A DNA stretch of 64,000 nucleotides from Candidatus Latescibacterota bacterium (GTDB taxonomy: Bacteria > Latescibacterota > UBA2968), in contig OZ240241.1 in NCBI GenBank assembly GCA_965198115.1, positions 2,880,001 through 2,944,000 of the forward strand, in the 5' to 3' direction. The translations under genes were made by a program, and so were the position numbers. Below the pieces are notes generated by a model that saw only the letters and a program-made list of their open reading frames with translations, did no database searches and had not been told where the DNA came from. Positions 38,178 to 48,624 of the stretch are shown one piece after another. Position 1 is the first letter of the stretch, and every line of letters begins with the position of its first letter.

Positions 38178-39973
38178 ATGGCTAACTGTCTTAAGCACAG
38201 GATGTTGCGCGGCATGCTCGATCTGCAGATCCGGTCGATATTGGCCGTATCCCTCCTCGCCGTGGTCACACTGGCCGAAAAGACTCCAGGCTCCGCGTCG
38301 CAACCCGTCGTCATCTCCATACGCGGGTCGGAGTATTACACCGATCTCGGATCGACCCACGGAATCGCTCTCGGAGACACGCTGGAGATCGTCGATCCGG
38401 AAACACGGCGACTGAAAGCGGTCGTCAGCGTCCTCCTCCTGTATTCGGGTCATTCCGTCACACGACCGGAGTGGTCGGACGAGACGAGGTCGATTGAGCT
38501 TCTAGACCACGTCCGCCGACCCACGAAGCTCGTGGAGGCTCCCATCTCCCCCGAGGGAACGGATGACCCCGTCATCGTGGCCACAGTCGAAGGATCGCTG
38601 GAGTCACTGTCCGATCGTCTGAAGACCCACGGGCCCGGTGCTTTAGATCAGAACGGGTGGACGGCCTTGCACTTTGCCGCCGCCAGAGGTTTCCTCGACA
38701 AGATGGAACTCCTCCTGGCCGCCTCAGCTCCGACCGATGTCGCCGATCACGATGGTTACACGCCTATTATCGCCGCGATCGGTCACAGACAGAAGGCGGC
38801 TGTTTTGCGCTTGATTCGGGCGGGCGCCAATGTGTCAACGAGAACGAGGGAGGGTCACACGGGGCTTCACTATGCGGCGCTCCTCGATCAGCCCGACATC
38901 ATCGGGGCCCTGATCGAGGCCGGCGCCTCGGTCGAGTCGAGAGCGGAGAACAACCAGACGCCGCTGCTCGCGGCGGCGGCGGGGGGGAGTCTGAAGGCGG
39001 TGCGTGCCCTGTTGAACAGGGGTGCGAATCCGATGGCCGAGAGGAAGCGCGGAGGCGCACTGGCCGCTGCCGCCATGTCCGGCAACCGAAGAGTCGTCGA
39101 ACTCCTTCTCGCCCGGAAGCTGAACCAGAAGACGAAAGACCTGAGCCTGGCGGCCGCAGCGTCGAAGGGCAGGCTCTACATCGTGAGGCACCTGCTTGCC
39201 AAGGGGGCTGACCCGTCCTTCGTGACCACACACGAGAAGGAGCGCCTGCCCGTCACCTTCCTGGCCACGGGCGCGGGCTACGAATCGACGGCCATTGCGC
39301 TCGTCGACCACGGAGCGAACATCCGAGCAACCGATCCAAACAATGGGAACCTTCTGCATCTTGCGTCGATCGTCGGCCTGCCCGCGCTCGCCCGTCGACT
39401 CGTCGATGACGGTCTGCGCGTGAACACCCCCCTGACGGCGGCCACTCCCCACTTCACCTCGCCGCAAGCGAGGGGCACACGAAAGTTGCCGAACTTCTCC
39501 TCTCCTCGAGCGCAGACCTCGAAGCCGCCAACGAAAACGGCGATACGCCGTTGCTGTCCGCGTCGTCCGCCGGACACACGAATGTGGTCCGAATGCTCCT
39601 TTCGCACGGAGCGGACGTCAAGGCACGAAACTCAAATCACGCCACGGCCCTGATCCTCGCCGACACAGAACCTCGATTCCTGATCGTAGAAGGTCCACTG
39701 CCGGAGACCATTCTGGACTACGACACCAGTGCGCCAGAAATCATTAGGGCCCTGCTTCTGTCCGGCGCGAACCCGAACGCACAGAACTTGACTGGCCAGA
39801 CCGCGCTACAGGTTGCGGCTGTGTTCGGAGACGCTACGTCGGCGAAAATGCTCGTCGACGCTCGAACCAAGCTGAATCTCCGGGATTCGAACGGGCGCAC
39901 TGCGTGGGAAACCGCCCAGACTTTCTGGCCCGACGGCGGCGCCAAGATGCTGTTCGGAAGCCTCCTCCAGTAA
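38178..39973 (+). pseudogene. Exported ankyrin-repeat protein, frameshifted near 39430-39450
   Basis: G.TALH.AA..G repeats; ankyrin pattern continues in another frame (LHLAASEGHTKVAELLL...GDTPLLSASSAGH). Confidence 0.8.
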
Positions 39974-40109
39974 TCTCCACGAACCACCAGAACTCCACCC
40001 ACCAACCCACCAACCCGAACAGATCCATTTGCGCAGCCCCCGGCTTAGGCCTTTCTTCTTCGTGCCCGACGATCCATAGGATCCCCGCAAACCTTCGCAG
40101 AGGTCGGAA

Positions 40110-40457
40110 ATGGCAACCATCGTGGTCATGGACGATGAACCCTCGGCCCGTAATGCAATCAAGAGAATCCTACTAAAAGCGGGTCACGAAGTACTGGACT
40201 TCGAAGACGCTACGCCGGCGCTGTCGGACGTCGACTTCGGAGCGATCGACCTGGCCGTCATCGACCTTCAAATGCCCACCTCGGGCTACGACGCGATCGA
40301 GGAGATCAGAGATCGTGGTCATACCGACCTCCCCATCATCGTCGTCAGCGCCCACGTCGATCTCGTGCTCACCCCGGACGTCCTCGACGTCCAGGGCATC
40401 GTGCGTAAACCCTTCTCCGTCGCCCAGATCACCGAAGCCGTCGACGCGCTCCTCTGA
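40110..40457 (+). CDS. Single-domain response regulator (CheY-like receiver)
   Basis: VMDDE, IDLQMP, VSA, KPF. Confidence 0.9.
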   Translation: MATIVVMDDEPSARNAIKRILLKAGHEVLDFEDATPALSDVDFGAIDLAVIDLQMPTSGYDAIEEIRDRGHTDLPIIVVSAHVDLVLTPDVLDVQGIVRKPFSVAQITEAVDALL

Positions 40458-40483
40458 CCCAACCTATCGTGAACAGTAGCAAA

Positions 40484-40514
40484 AACGGGTCACGTCGCTC
40501 TGACGTAACCCGTT
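40484..40514. terminator. Hairpin between convergent genes
   Basis: aacgggtcacgtc-gctct-gacgtaacccgtt. Confidence 0.55.
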
Positions 40515-40595
40515 CGTTGTTTCTACTGTGTCTGGTTCGGCTATCTCATCGCGGTCATCAGTTCGCGATCAGAAATCGCTCCCACCGTCGATCGT

Positions 40596-41654
40596 CTACC
40601 CCGAAGTCGCTTCGCTATTGGCCGCCTGTAGAAGGGCTCTCATGTAGGCGATCGAATACGCCATCCCCGCACGATGACCACCTCCGAGCATCTTCGGAAT
40701 GTGATCGGGAATGATGGCACCGTCGAACTTCACTTCCCTCAGCGCCTTCATCGCCTCGTACATATCCATGTATCCATTGTCTATCAGGGTTTCGGTGCAG
40801 ACGTCCGGCAACGGACTCGAAACGTTTCGGAAATGGATCTTGAACAGCTTGTTACGCTCCCCGAAATAGCGAATGGCCCCGGTACGTCGACACCCATTCC
40901 CACTTCACCTCCCTCGAGCCAGCAGCCGATACAGAGACACACCCCGATGTTCGGACTGTCGGCGATCTCCATCGCGCGTTTATACGTCGAAGGTGCCGAA
41001 GATGCATCGCGGGACACCTCCCAGGGAGTAGACGGGTGGGTCATCCGGATGAATGCCGATGTAGACACCGGCTTCTTCGGCAACCGGCGCTATCCTCCGA
41101 ATCATGTACTCGTAGTTCTCCCATAGCTCTTCTTCCGCATACTCACACCCATGGGTCAGCTCACCCTCGAACTGCATATCCGACCATCGCCCTCTGGCGG
41201 TCTTCAGATCGATCGAGCGGGCATCCATTCCCCCTCGCCCCGTGGCGCGGCCCGACTCCCAGATCCCGTTTCCCATGTGTGCATAGGTGTTGTAGGGAAT
41301 GCCGGCCTCGCCCAGATTCTGGATGAAAGCCGCGAATTCATCGACCTTCTGATCTCGACCCGGCAGGTTGAGCGTCACCTCCGGCATGTTGTGTACACTG
41401 CGGTTCGCGATGCGGTAAATCTGTAAACCGAACCCTTCGAATCTTTCCCTCAGTCGCTTGTAATACTCTGCGTTCTGGTTGGCCTGATCCGAGACCCCAA
41501 CCATCATCCATTCGATGCCCAGCTGCTGCATGAACTGCAGGTCTTCGTCCGACGCGTCGTCGCCCGACTGGGCGGCCAGTTGAATGCCTTCGTGCGTCGA
41601 GTGGAACCCCGGAACGCAGCGAAGGGCATAGGATCTATCCATCTTTGACATCAT
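40596..41654 (-). pseudogene. uxuA: Mannonate dehydratase (UxuA) family, two frameshifts
   Basis: IHPDDPP, IHFRNV, IIPDHIP, AYSIAYMRAL spread over three frames (breaks ~40985 and ~40880). Confidence 0.8.
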
Positions 41655-41717
41655 TTCGCTCCATAGACTAGGAAAAGAGTCAAGAAGACATTGACGCCGT
41701 CATCTGTCTTCTGTCCT

Positions 41718-42860
41718 CTACTTCAACGCCTTCTCTATCCACACCAGGTTTGCCAATGGCATAATGCCATAGTTGTAAAAGGACAAGCGTCCGACCCCGC
41801 AGCTTTTCACCACTTCAACCTCACTGGCCAACTCCTCAGCCGAACGTGCTGCGGGCTGATAAGCCTGAAGCCCGATCGTCAATCGGGAGGGATCTCCGGC
41901 TCCCTTCGCAGCCTCACGCACACGCGCACGAATGTCATCGAGATCCGATGTGTAGGCCAGAATCTCGAACGCATCGGCGACATCCAGAAGGGAATCGAAT
42001 GGCGTGCCCGTCGATATCGGATCTCCCATCCCCAGGTAGGACAGGATCGCGCCCGCAGCTTCTTTCACTTCGGCAACTAGGGTCGATACGACGCGCTGAC
42101 GCATCGTGATCAGTCGACGCAGCTGATCTGATTCAGATATCAAACCATCGGGATCGTCCGAGGAATCTCCCGTCGTTAGAATCGTCCGAAGTCGAGCGTC
42201 CACTTCCGACCGCAGCACATCGAAATCGATCCCTTCGGTCTCTGCTTCGTCGCGACACGCATTGCAGAAGCAAAGTGAATGCAAAAAGCTCCCACCCCGT
42301 CCCAAATTAACACCCACCTTTGGATGGTAGTGTCGATGGCCGGCAGGTCCATAACAAAGCGATTCACATTCCAGAACGGAGATGCCGTATCGCGATAGGT
42401 TGGCCGCGAGCGCGACAGCGTAATCTCGGACACGTGGATTGGCCGGGCAGAGTTGGCTGGTCGACACATCGCCCGTCGCGTGAACTTGCGCGCATTCGGG
42501 ATGTTTCAGCGCCAGCTCGGTGTTGTGCAGGAACACGGTCCACGCAACCAGATCGAGCCCCGCTTTAGCGATCGCTTCCGCGCACGTCGCCCACCAATCG
42601 TGCTCTTGCATCCAGGGCGAGACGAGCGCGTCCAGGGGAAGCGGCGATTCTGGTTGAAAGTAGACAGCGGCTCTCGGGGACCTCAGCAACACCTCTCCGG
42701 ACAGGTGGGGCCGCAGCATTTCGAAACTGTGATAGGCGGAGGCTAGACTGACCGCCTCCAGACCCGTGTCCCGAATCCGACGCACCGCCTCAGCGGGATC
42801 CTCCTCGATCAGATCCCACGGATAGGTCCAGATGGTTGAAGCGGGTGCACTCAGGGTAAT
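41718..42860 (-). CDS. Hypothetical TIM-barrel (glycoside-hydrolase-like) protein; start uncertain
   Basis: WTYPWDL...SLASAYHS...LCPANP.VRDY...SFYNYG. Confidence 0.6.
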   Translation of the reverse strand: MTLSAPASTIWTYPWDLIEEDPAEAVRRIRDTGLEAVSLASAYHSFEMLRPHLSGEVLLRSPRAAVYFQPESPLPLDALVSPWMQEHDWWATCAEAIAKAGLDLVAWTVFLHNTELALKHPECAQVHATGDVSTSQLCPANPRVRDYAVALAANLSRYGISVLECESLCYGPAGHRHYHPKVGVNLGRGGSFLHSLCFCNACRDEAETEGIDFDVLRSEVDARLRTILTTGDSSDDPDGLISESDQLRRLITMRQRVVSTLVAEVKEAAGAILSYLGMGDPISTGTPFDSLLDVADAFEILAYTSDLDDIRARVREAAKGAGDPSRLTIGLQAYQPAARSAEELASEVEVVKSCGVGRLSFYNYGIMPLANLVWIEKALK

Positions 42861-42986
42861 AGACCTCTCTGCGTGTGTTGTTGGGAACGCTGACCGACAC
42901 TTCCCCTCACGTTCGTTCGGGGCAGGCTTCCGCTCAGCGGTGTTTCTGCTTCACCCAACGGACAACGCTGGGTGAGGCCACCTACT

Positions 42987-44102
42987 TCAGCCCGTAAGGG
43001 TCTGCCTCAAACCCTGGGCCACAAGCCGGTCTTCCCCGTCGTTCAGCGTGTGGACACAGACGTTCAGCGTATTGTCGTTTGCTTTTTGAACACGGATCCT
43101 GGAGTCACCTTCGTAGAGTTCGTCGACCACCTGATCCGCCGACTTCCCCAGCGACGCTGTATCGAACACAACGTGACACGTCACGCTCGGATGTCTCGGG
43201 GTTTCCACCTTCTTGGTTTCGATCACGTTCGGGGCGCCCTCGAGTCCGTTGGCGATCGTCGCAATGCGTGCGTCGTATTCGGCAAACCGCGCATCGTGGT
43301 CCATCGAGAACCAATCCTCGATCCCTGTCAGAAGTCCGACGATCTCCTGCGTGTCAAGCTTCATCGCACGGCCGAGGGGCCTTTCACTCAAAAAGCCGTG
43401 GGCCCGCGCAGCCTCCACGAGATCCTTCCGACCGCACACGAACCCTGCTGATTGCGGAGCCCCCACGTATTTCCCCCCGAAACAGACCAGATCTCCAGAG
43501 TGCGCCATCTCCTTGAAGTAACTCAGTGGCCAGATTCGTGAGGCCGCGTCGACGATCACCGGAACACCCTTCCCCCTCGCGACACGAACCGTGTCGCTCA
43601 AAGACAACTCGTCCGGCTCCGGGTGCTGCTGCACGAAATAAGCAACGGCTACGGTTTCCGGCCCAATTGCGTCCTCCAACTGAGCTGCGGTCGCACCCGA
43701 CTTGTCTCCGAACGTGATGAGATGCCCGCCTCCGATGGTGTACGCTCTGTCGAATCCGTAACGCTGGACCTCCTGCAACAGAACCTCAGTCTTCATCCCC
43801 GTCGTATCCGGCAACTGTGTCTGCTTTTCCTTGTCGTTTCCGGTCATGCACGCAGCCGCACTCAGAGCCAGCGCCGCGTAGCCACCCGACGTGATGTAGG
43901 CTGCTTCGACCCCGAGCAACTCGGCGATTCTGGCTCCCGAAGCGTCAATCAGTTCCTGAAGGTCGATCCACGTATACTCCACGGCTTCCATCGCACGTTT
44001 GACCGACTCGGTCGGTGTGGATCCACCGTGGCTCGTCGTGTTGCCTGCGGCGTTGATCACCGGACGAACGCCGAGCCTCGCATAGATGCTATCATTGGAC
44101 AT
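42987..44102 (-). CDS. SelA-like PLP-dependent enzyme (DgaE-type amino-sugar ammonia lyase family)
   Basis: LGVRPVINAAG, VIVDAAS, FGGKY.GAPQSAG, GRAMK. Confidence 0.8.
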   Translation of the reverse strand: MSNDSIYARLGVRPVINAAGNTTSHGGSTPTESVKRAMEAVEYTWIDLQELIDASGARIAELLGVEAAYITSGGYAALALSAAACMTGNDKEKQTQLPDTTGMKTEVLLQEVQRYGFDRAYTIGGGHLITFGDKSGATAAQLEDAIGPETVAVAYFVQQHPEPDELSLSDTVRVARGKGVPVIVDAASRIWPLSYFKEMAHSGDLVCFGGKYVGAPQSAGFVCGRKDLVEAARAHGFLSERPLGRAMKLDTQEIVGLLTGIEDWFSMDHDARFAEYDARIATIANGLEGAPNVIETKKVETPRHPSVTCHVVFDTASLGKSADQVVDELYEGDSRIRVQKANDNTLNVCVHTLNDGEDRLVAQGLRQTLTG

Positions 44103-44278
44103 CGAGACCTCCTCCTGTACGCTCCCGGACACAGCTGATCGGTATCTGTGCCTTGCCTATCTGGCGAGTGGTCCCATGGTGTGTTCTCGAATGGCTCGTG
44201 TCAAACGAGCCCTCCCCTTCGAACGAAAGGGACCGATCTCTCTGGACTTCCCCCATCCCCCACCGGATCTTTCAGCCC

Positions 44279-45280
44279 GTGGGGAAATTGGACATCTATG
44301 AACAGGCCTGTCGCAGGGGGACCGACTGGCTACTTGGATGGACGGGCCCGGACGGATCGGTGGGTCCCGTTCAAGACCGACTGTTCTATTATCGCTTGCC
44401 GTGGACGTTCGCGCTTATGGGCGAAACCACTGCGTGTGCGAGGATCCTTGATTGGATTCACCAACACATGTTCACACGCGAGGGAGCCTTCGAAAGTCTC
44501 TCTCCACAGGGGCTCTTCGGATCCCGCTACGGCTCGTATCCTCTGGCCTGCCTCCTCGTCGGGGCCTCGCTCCAGCAGCGCTACGACATCGTTTATCCCG
44601 GCACGACCCATCTGGTCGAATGGCAGAACCCATCGACGGGTGGATTCTTCAACACCCTGCCCCCGGAGAGCAGCGATCAGGACCTGTTCCCGACCGCCCA
44701 GGCCGGAATGGCGCTCCTTCAAGTCGGCCAGACGGAGGCGGCTGCGAAAGCGGGCGGCTGGTTCCGGCGCCTCTGGGATGCCCAACCCGATGTCGACAAC
44801 AAACTCTATGCGGTGTGGGACGAGAGCGGCTTGGTCACAGACTTCGCCGAGGATCAAGCTCAGGACTACGTCACCCAGAAGGATCACCCGTGGCAGTATC
44901 ACTACAACGGGGGAATCGCCGCGGCTTTCCTCACGAAACTCCATCTGGCCACGGGAGGAGCGGAGTGGCTCAACCTCGCCCGGAAATTTCAGGCCTTTTC
45001 CACGACGACGGACGAATGCCAGTTTCAGTCCGCGCAGGTCTGCAAATCAGGATGGGGATCGGGTCTGCTGTATACGGCAACCGGAGAGACGAGCTATCGG
45101 GATTGGACGTTTCGGCTCGGGGACTGGTTCGTCGAGCGGCAGTTGGACGACGGCCACTGGGAAAACACCAAATTTTGGAACCCTGACCCAACCGTCGCGG
45201 ACAACATTGAACTCACGGCGGAATTCGTGATGCATCTGTCCCACATCATCGCACATCTATCGGCTGACTGTCAGGAGTGA
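44279..45280 (+). CDS. Hypothetical (alpha/alpha)-barrel protein (prenyltransferase/cyclase-like)
   Basis: WL.....DGS, WQNP.TGGF, RQLDDGHW repeats. Confidence 0.55.
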   Translation: MGKLDIYEQACRRGTDWLLGWTGPDGSVGPVQDRLFYYRLPWTFALMGETTACARILDWIHQHMFTREGAFESLSPQGLFGSRYGSYPLACLLVGASLQQRYDIVYPGTTHLVEWQNPSTGGFFNTLPPESSDQDLFPTAQAGMALLQVGQTEAAAKAGGWFRRLWDAQPDVDNKLYAVWDESGLVTDFAEDQAQDYVTQKDHPWQYHYNGGIAAAFLTKLHLATGGAEWLNLARKFQAFSTTTDECQFQSAQVCKSGWGSGLLYTATGETSYRDWTFRLGDWFVERQLDDGHWENTKFWNPDPTVADNIELTAEFVMHLSHIIAHLSADCQE

Positions 45281-46515
45281 GTGTGAAAATCGACCGAGCC
45301 CGATTTCTCGAAGAGGGGTATATCATCCTTCGCGGGGTTGTTCCGCCCGACCAACTGGAAACGGTTCGGGCCAGCTACGAGACCCTCGTCAAAAAGCAGA
45401 AGACGATATGGGCAGCGAACCGTGGTCCCGAGGATCCTCCCGGCGGGGTATGGGAAACCTCCAGACAGCCTCGTCTTGGCCTTCACCTGAAGCCCCTGGT
45501 CGATCATCACGATGCGCGATCGGCGCCGGCCATCGAAGTCTGGCTGCACGAGAACACGGCTGGCGCCACCAGCGAGCTCATGGGTGTAGAGGATGCGGCC
45601 CTCACCGAGATGATGCTGATGTGCAGCCCGCCCTATCGAGACTTCGGACCCGCCCACTGGCACCGGGATCTGTCACCGCCTTACTGCGCCCCCCTTCAGG
45701 GCTACACCGACGACATCGCCGAATCAGGACCGCGCTACGTTCAATGGAACCTCTCACTCTACGACGACGATGTCCTGTGGGTCGTCCCCGGAACCCACCT
45801 CCGCATCAACTCCGGCGAGGAGAACCAACAGCTGATCGAGGACCGCAACGCTCCGATGCCGGGCGGTGTCCAGACTCATCTCAAGGCGGGTGACGGTGTC
45901 GCCTACATCCTTCCCATCCTGCATTGGGGAAGCAACTACAGCACGCGTTTGCGACGTTGCATCCACGGCGGATTCTCGACGTTCACGGCATACGAGCATA
46001 GAAGTTACATCGACACGCTTTCGCAGGGAGCCCAGGACACGTTCCAGCGCTGGATTCAACGAAGCGACGCAATGCAGGATCGAACGGAAGCGGTCTTGCG
46101 AGCGGCGATCGCCAAAAACGGAGCCGCGTATCACGCCGAGCTCGACAAACTGCATCCTGGACGGAAAGAGAAAGGCAAGCTCCTCTCGACCGTCTACCTG
46201 AGCAAAACCGCCCGACGGATCTATCACCTCAGGTGCACGGACTTCGACACGCTGCCCGAAGCCACACAAGGAGAGGCCACTCGCCCCCACCCCATCACGC
46301 TGCAGTGGGGACGGCCTCTCGCCGATCGGTTTTCCAAAGCGGACGCCGAAGCGCTTTGGAACCGATTCAAACCTGTCGACGACGCCTTGCAGGCGGATGA
46401 GGAGCAAACCGACCCGGGGTTCCAGGGCACGACGTCCCGTTACTTCTTCAACGAGATGCCGCGGGATCTGAGTGTGGATCGATTCGTCGCCGGCTGGAAT
46501 ACCCAAGCAGCTTGA
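45277..46515 (+). CDS. Phytanoyl-CoA dioxygenase (PhyH) family protein
   Basis: FLEEGYIIL, WHRD, VVPGTH, LHWG. Confidence 0.85.
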   Translation: MSVKIDRARFLEEGYIILRGVVPPDQLETVRASYETLVKKQKTIWAANRGPEDPPGGVWETSRQPRLGLHLKPLVDHHDARSAPAIEVWLHENTAGATSELMGVEDAALTEMMLMCSPPYRDFGPAHWHRDLSPPYCAPLQGYTDDIAESGPRYVQWNLSLYDDDVLWVVPGTHLRINSGEENQQLIEDRNAPMPGGVQTHLKAGDGVAYILPILHWGSNYSTRLRRCIHGGFSTFTAYEHRSYIDTLSQGAQDTFQRWIQRSDAMQDRTEAVLRAAIAKNGAAYHAELDKLHPGRKEKGKLLSTVYLSKTARRIYHLRCTDFDTLPEATQGEATRPHPITLQWGRPLADRFSKADAEALWNRFKPVDDALQADEEQTDPGFQGTTSRYFFNEMPRDLSVDRFVAGWNTQAA

Positions 46516-46526
46516 CGGAGTGCGTG

Positions 46527-47435
46527 ATGAGCCGAGCCGAAGACGCCTACGACCGACTGAAGGGACCGGTGGTCCCCATCAACATCTGCTTCAACGAGGA
46601 TGGAACTGTCGATGAGAACGCCGTCGCGGGCTATGTCGACTGGCTGTGCGATCAGGGTGTTCCGATCTTGCTGCTTACAGCTGGGAGCAGCGAATACGGT
46701 GCCCTCTCCGACAAGGATGTCTACGGTCTGACGCAAACGATCGCAGAAGTCAACGAAGGTCGATCGTTGTTCGTCACATCCACGCGCTTCTGGAATACGG
46801 CCGACGTGAGAGCGTTCCTCGTCCACGCCGACCGTGTCGGCGCAGACGCTGTGAAGGTCCAGATTGGCAACCTGACGCCCTACTCGAAGGACGCCCTGCT
46901 CACCTATTTCGACCGGATCGAAGACGCGAGCGACATCCCCCTTTTACTCTGGACGATCGGGGCACCGGTCTTCCCCGTAGAAGCTGTGGCCGAGCTGGCC
47001 GGACGCCCCAACATCATCGGGATGAAAAACGATGCCGATCAGTTCTACGGCTACTACGACTATATCCGCGCATCCCAGGGTCAAACATTCGGTGTGCTGA
47101 GTGGGGGACAGTTGCGCAATTTCGTTTTCGGCCATCAGATCGGGTCGACGGGCTATCTCTGTAGCATCGCCCCCTTTAGACCGGATCTCGCACTCGAATT
47201 CTATGGGCTCGTCGAACGGAGAGACTATGATGCGGCGTGGAAGTTCGTGGAGCGATTCGAGGACCCGTGGCTACAATGGGCGATCGAGCAGGGGTGGCTG
47301 CCAGCGATCAAGACGGCCATCCACGTGAGCGGACATTATCCAAACAATCTTCTTTCGCCACCCAACCCCTTGCCCCCACCGGATCTCGTCGGCCGAACAC
47401 GGAAAAAGATCGAGGAAATATTCGGTGCACGCTGA
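46527..47435 (+). CDS. Dihydrodipicolinate synthase (DapA)-like aldolase
   Basis: FNEDGTVD, AGSSEY..LS, NIIGMKND. Confidence 0.85.
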   Translation: MSRAEDAYDRLKGPVVPINICFNEDGTVDENAVAGYVDWLCDQGVPILLLTAGSSEYGALSDKDVYGLTQTIAEVNEGRSLFVTSTRFWNTADVRAFLVHADRVGADAVKVQIGNLTPYSKDALLTYFDRIEDASDIPLLLWTIGAPVFPVEAVAELAGRPNIIGMKNDADQFYGYYDYIRASQGQTFGVLSGGQLRNFVFGHQIGSTGYLCSIAPFRPDLALEFYGLVERRDYDAAWKFVERFEDPWLQWAIEQGWLPAIKTAIHVSGHYPNNLLSPPNPLPPPDLVGRTRKKIEEIFGAR

Positions 47436-47462
47436 GATCGAGCCTCATTACCTTGGTGAGCG

Positions 47463-48191
47463 ATGTCTAACACCGCTGAATCAACACACCCCGCATTGAC
47501 CTTCGAGCAGATCCAGCACTTCCGGCATTGCGGCTATCTCAAACTCGGAACGCTCTCACAGGAGCGCGTCGACCGCCTCAAAACCGCGATCTGGAAAGAC
47601 ATCGAGAACGAGGTCGAACCCATCGTAAGAAACAAGGCGGGAAGGGTCGTCAGAATCTCGGACGTCGTCGATCGCGACCCGATCTTCCTGGAAACGGCCG
47701 CTTGCCCACAGGTCACCGAATGCTTGTCTTGCATACTCGGTCCCAACATCTATCTGGTGAAAAACAGACACAACCACGCCACCCTGAGGACCTCGGGCGA
47801 AACGTACGATCGTCTCCACCGGGACGTCCTTCAGTGGTCGCGTACACTTTTCACAATTATCTTCTACCTCGAGGAAACGACAGTTGCCAATGGTTGTACG
47901 TATTTTGTCCCCGGGTCGCATCACTTCCCGGGCATCGAAGGCAGGATCGGCGACGATCCGTGGACGGCGACGATCTCCGAACAGGCTATACCTTTGCCCA
48001 TGCCTGCCGGTGGAATGCTGCTGATCGATAGCATGGTGATGCATCGGGCTGGAAACAACACGACCGACGACACGCGGATGAGTATGACGATAGGCTACCA
48101 CAGCGTCGACGAAATCTCGGACATTCGTGATCCCAAACGCGTCCTCATAGCCGGTGAGGACCTCTACAGCGGGAACGACAGGAGCAAGTGA
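47463..48191 (+). CDS. PhyH family dioxygenase
   Basis: LHRD, NGCT.FVPGSH, MHRAG.N. Confidence 0.88.
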   Translation: MSNTAESTHPALTFEQIQHFRHCGYLKLGTLSQERVDRLKTAIWKDIENEVEPIVRNKAGRVVRISDVVDRDPIFLETAACPQVTECLSCILGPNIYLVKNRHNHATLRTSGETYDRLHRDVLQWSRTLFTIIFYLEETTVANGCTYFVPGSHHFPGIEGRIGDDPWTATISEQAIPLPMPAGGMLLIDSMVMHRAGNNTTDDTRMSMTIGYHSVDEISDIRDPKRVLIAGEDLYSGNDRSK

Positions 48192-48224
48192 ACTTACCCG
48201 TCGGAGAGACGGTGGGCTGTGTCC

Positions 48225-48488
48225 TTATGCATACCGCTCTCTCTTCCACGCCTCGTACTTCTCACGCATGCACCGTGCACACGGTCGAAACCCGGCCGCG
48301 ATCGCGTCCTCTTCAGTCGCGAAGAAAACCCGCTGTTGGGTGTAGTGACCCTTCGAGATCCAGTAGCGGGCTCCCGGACAGTCCAGTCGACCGTAGATCT
48401 TCGTTCGCCGATGTCCACCTAGACGGCCAGGCTCCGTGCTCTCGTACGTCTGACCGTCGCCCCCCACCAGCCGATAGAGCTTCTTCAT
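48225..48488 (-). CDS. Ada metal-binding domain protein
   Basis: IYGRLDC...RVFF..EEDAIAAGFRPCARC. Confidence 0.85.
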   Translation of the reverse strand: MKKLYRLVGGDGQTYESTEPGRLGGHRRTKIYGRLDCPGARYWISKGHYTQQRVFFATEEDAIAAGFRPCARCMREKYEAWKRERYA

Positions 48489-48624
48489 CTTCCCTCCGAT
48501 CGTCGGTCAACCGCTGTCATTCCTGCAATCGACCTTGACATCCACGTCATAAATTGACTCATTGGACGATCGTTGAATCTTTCATAAATACCAGTGAAAA
48601 CAAGCGATAAGGACGCGTTGTATC

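Noticed and set aside
42987-44102. True selenocysteine synthase selA
   Set aside because: Shorter than SelA, lacks its N-terminal domain, and has no selB/selC context; fits the SelA-like DgaE group.
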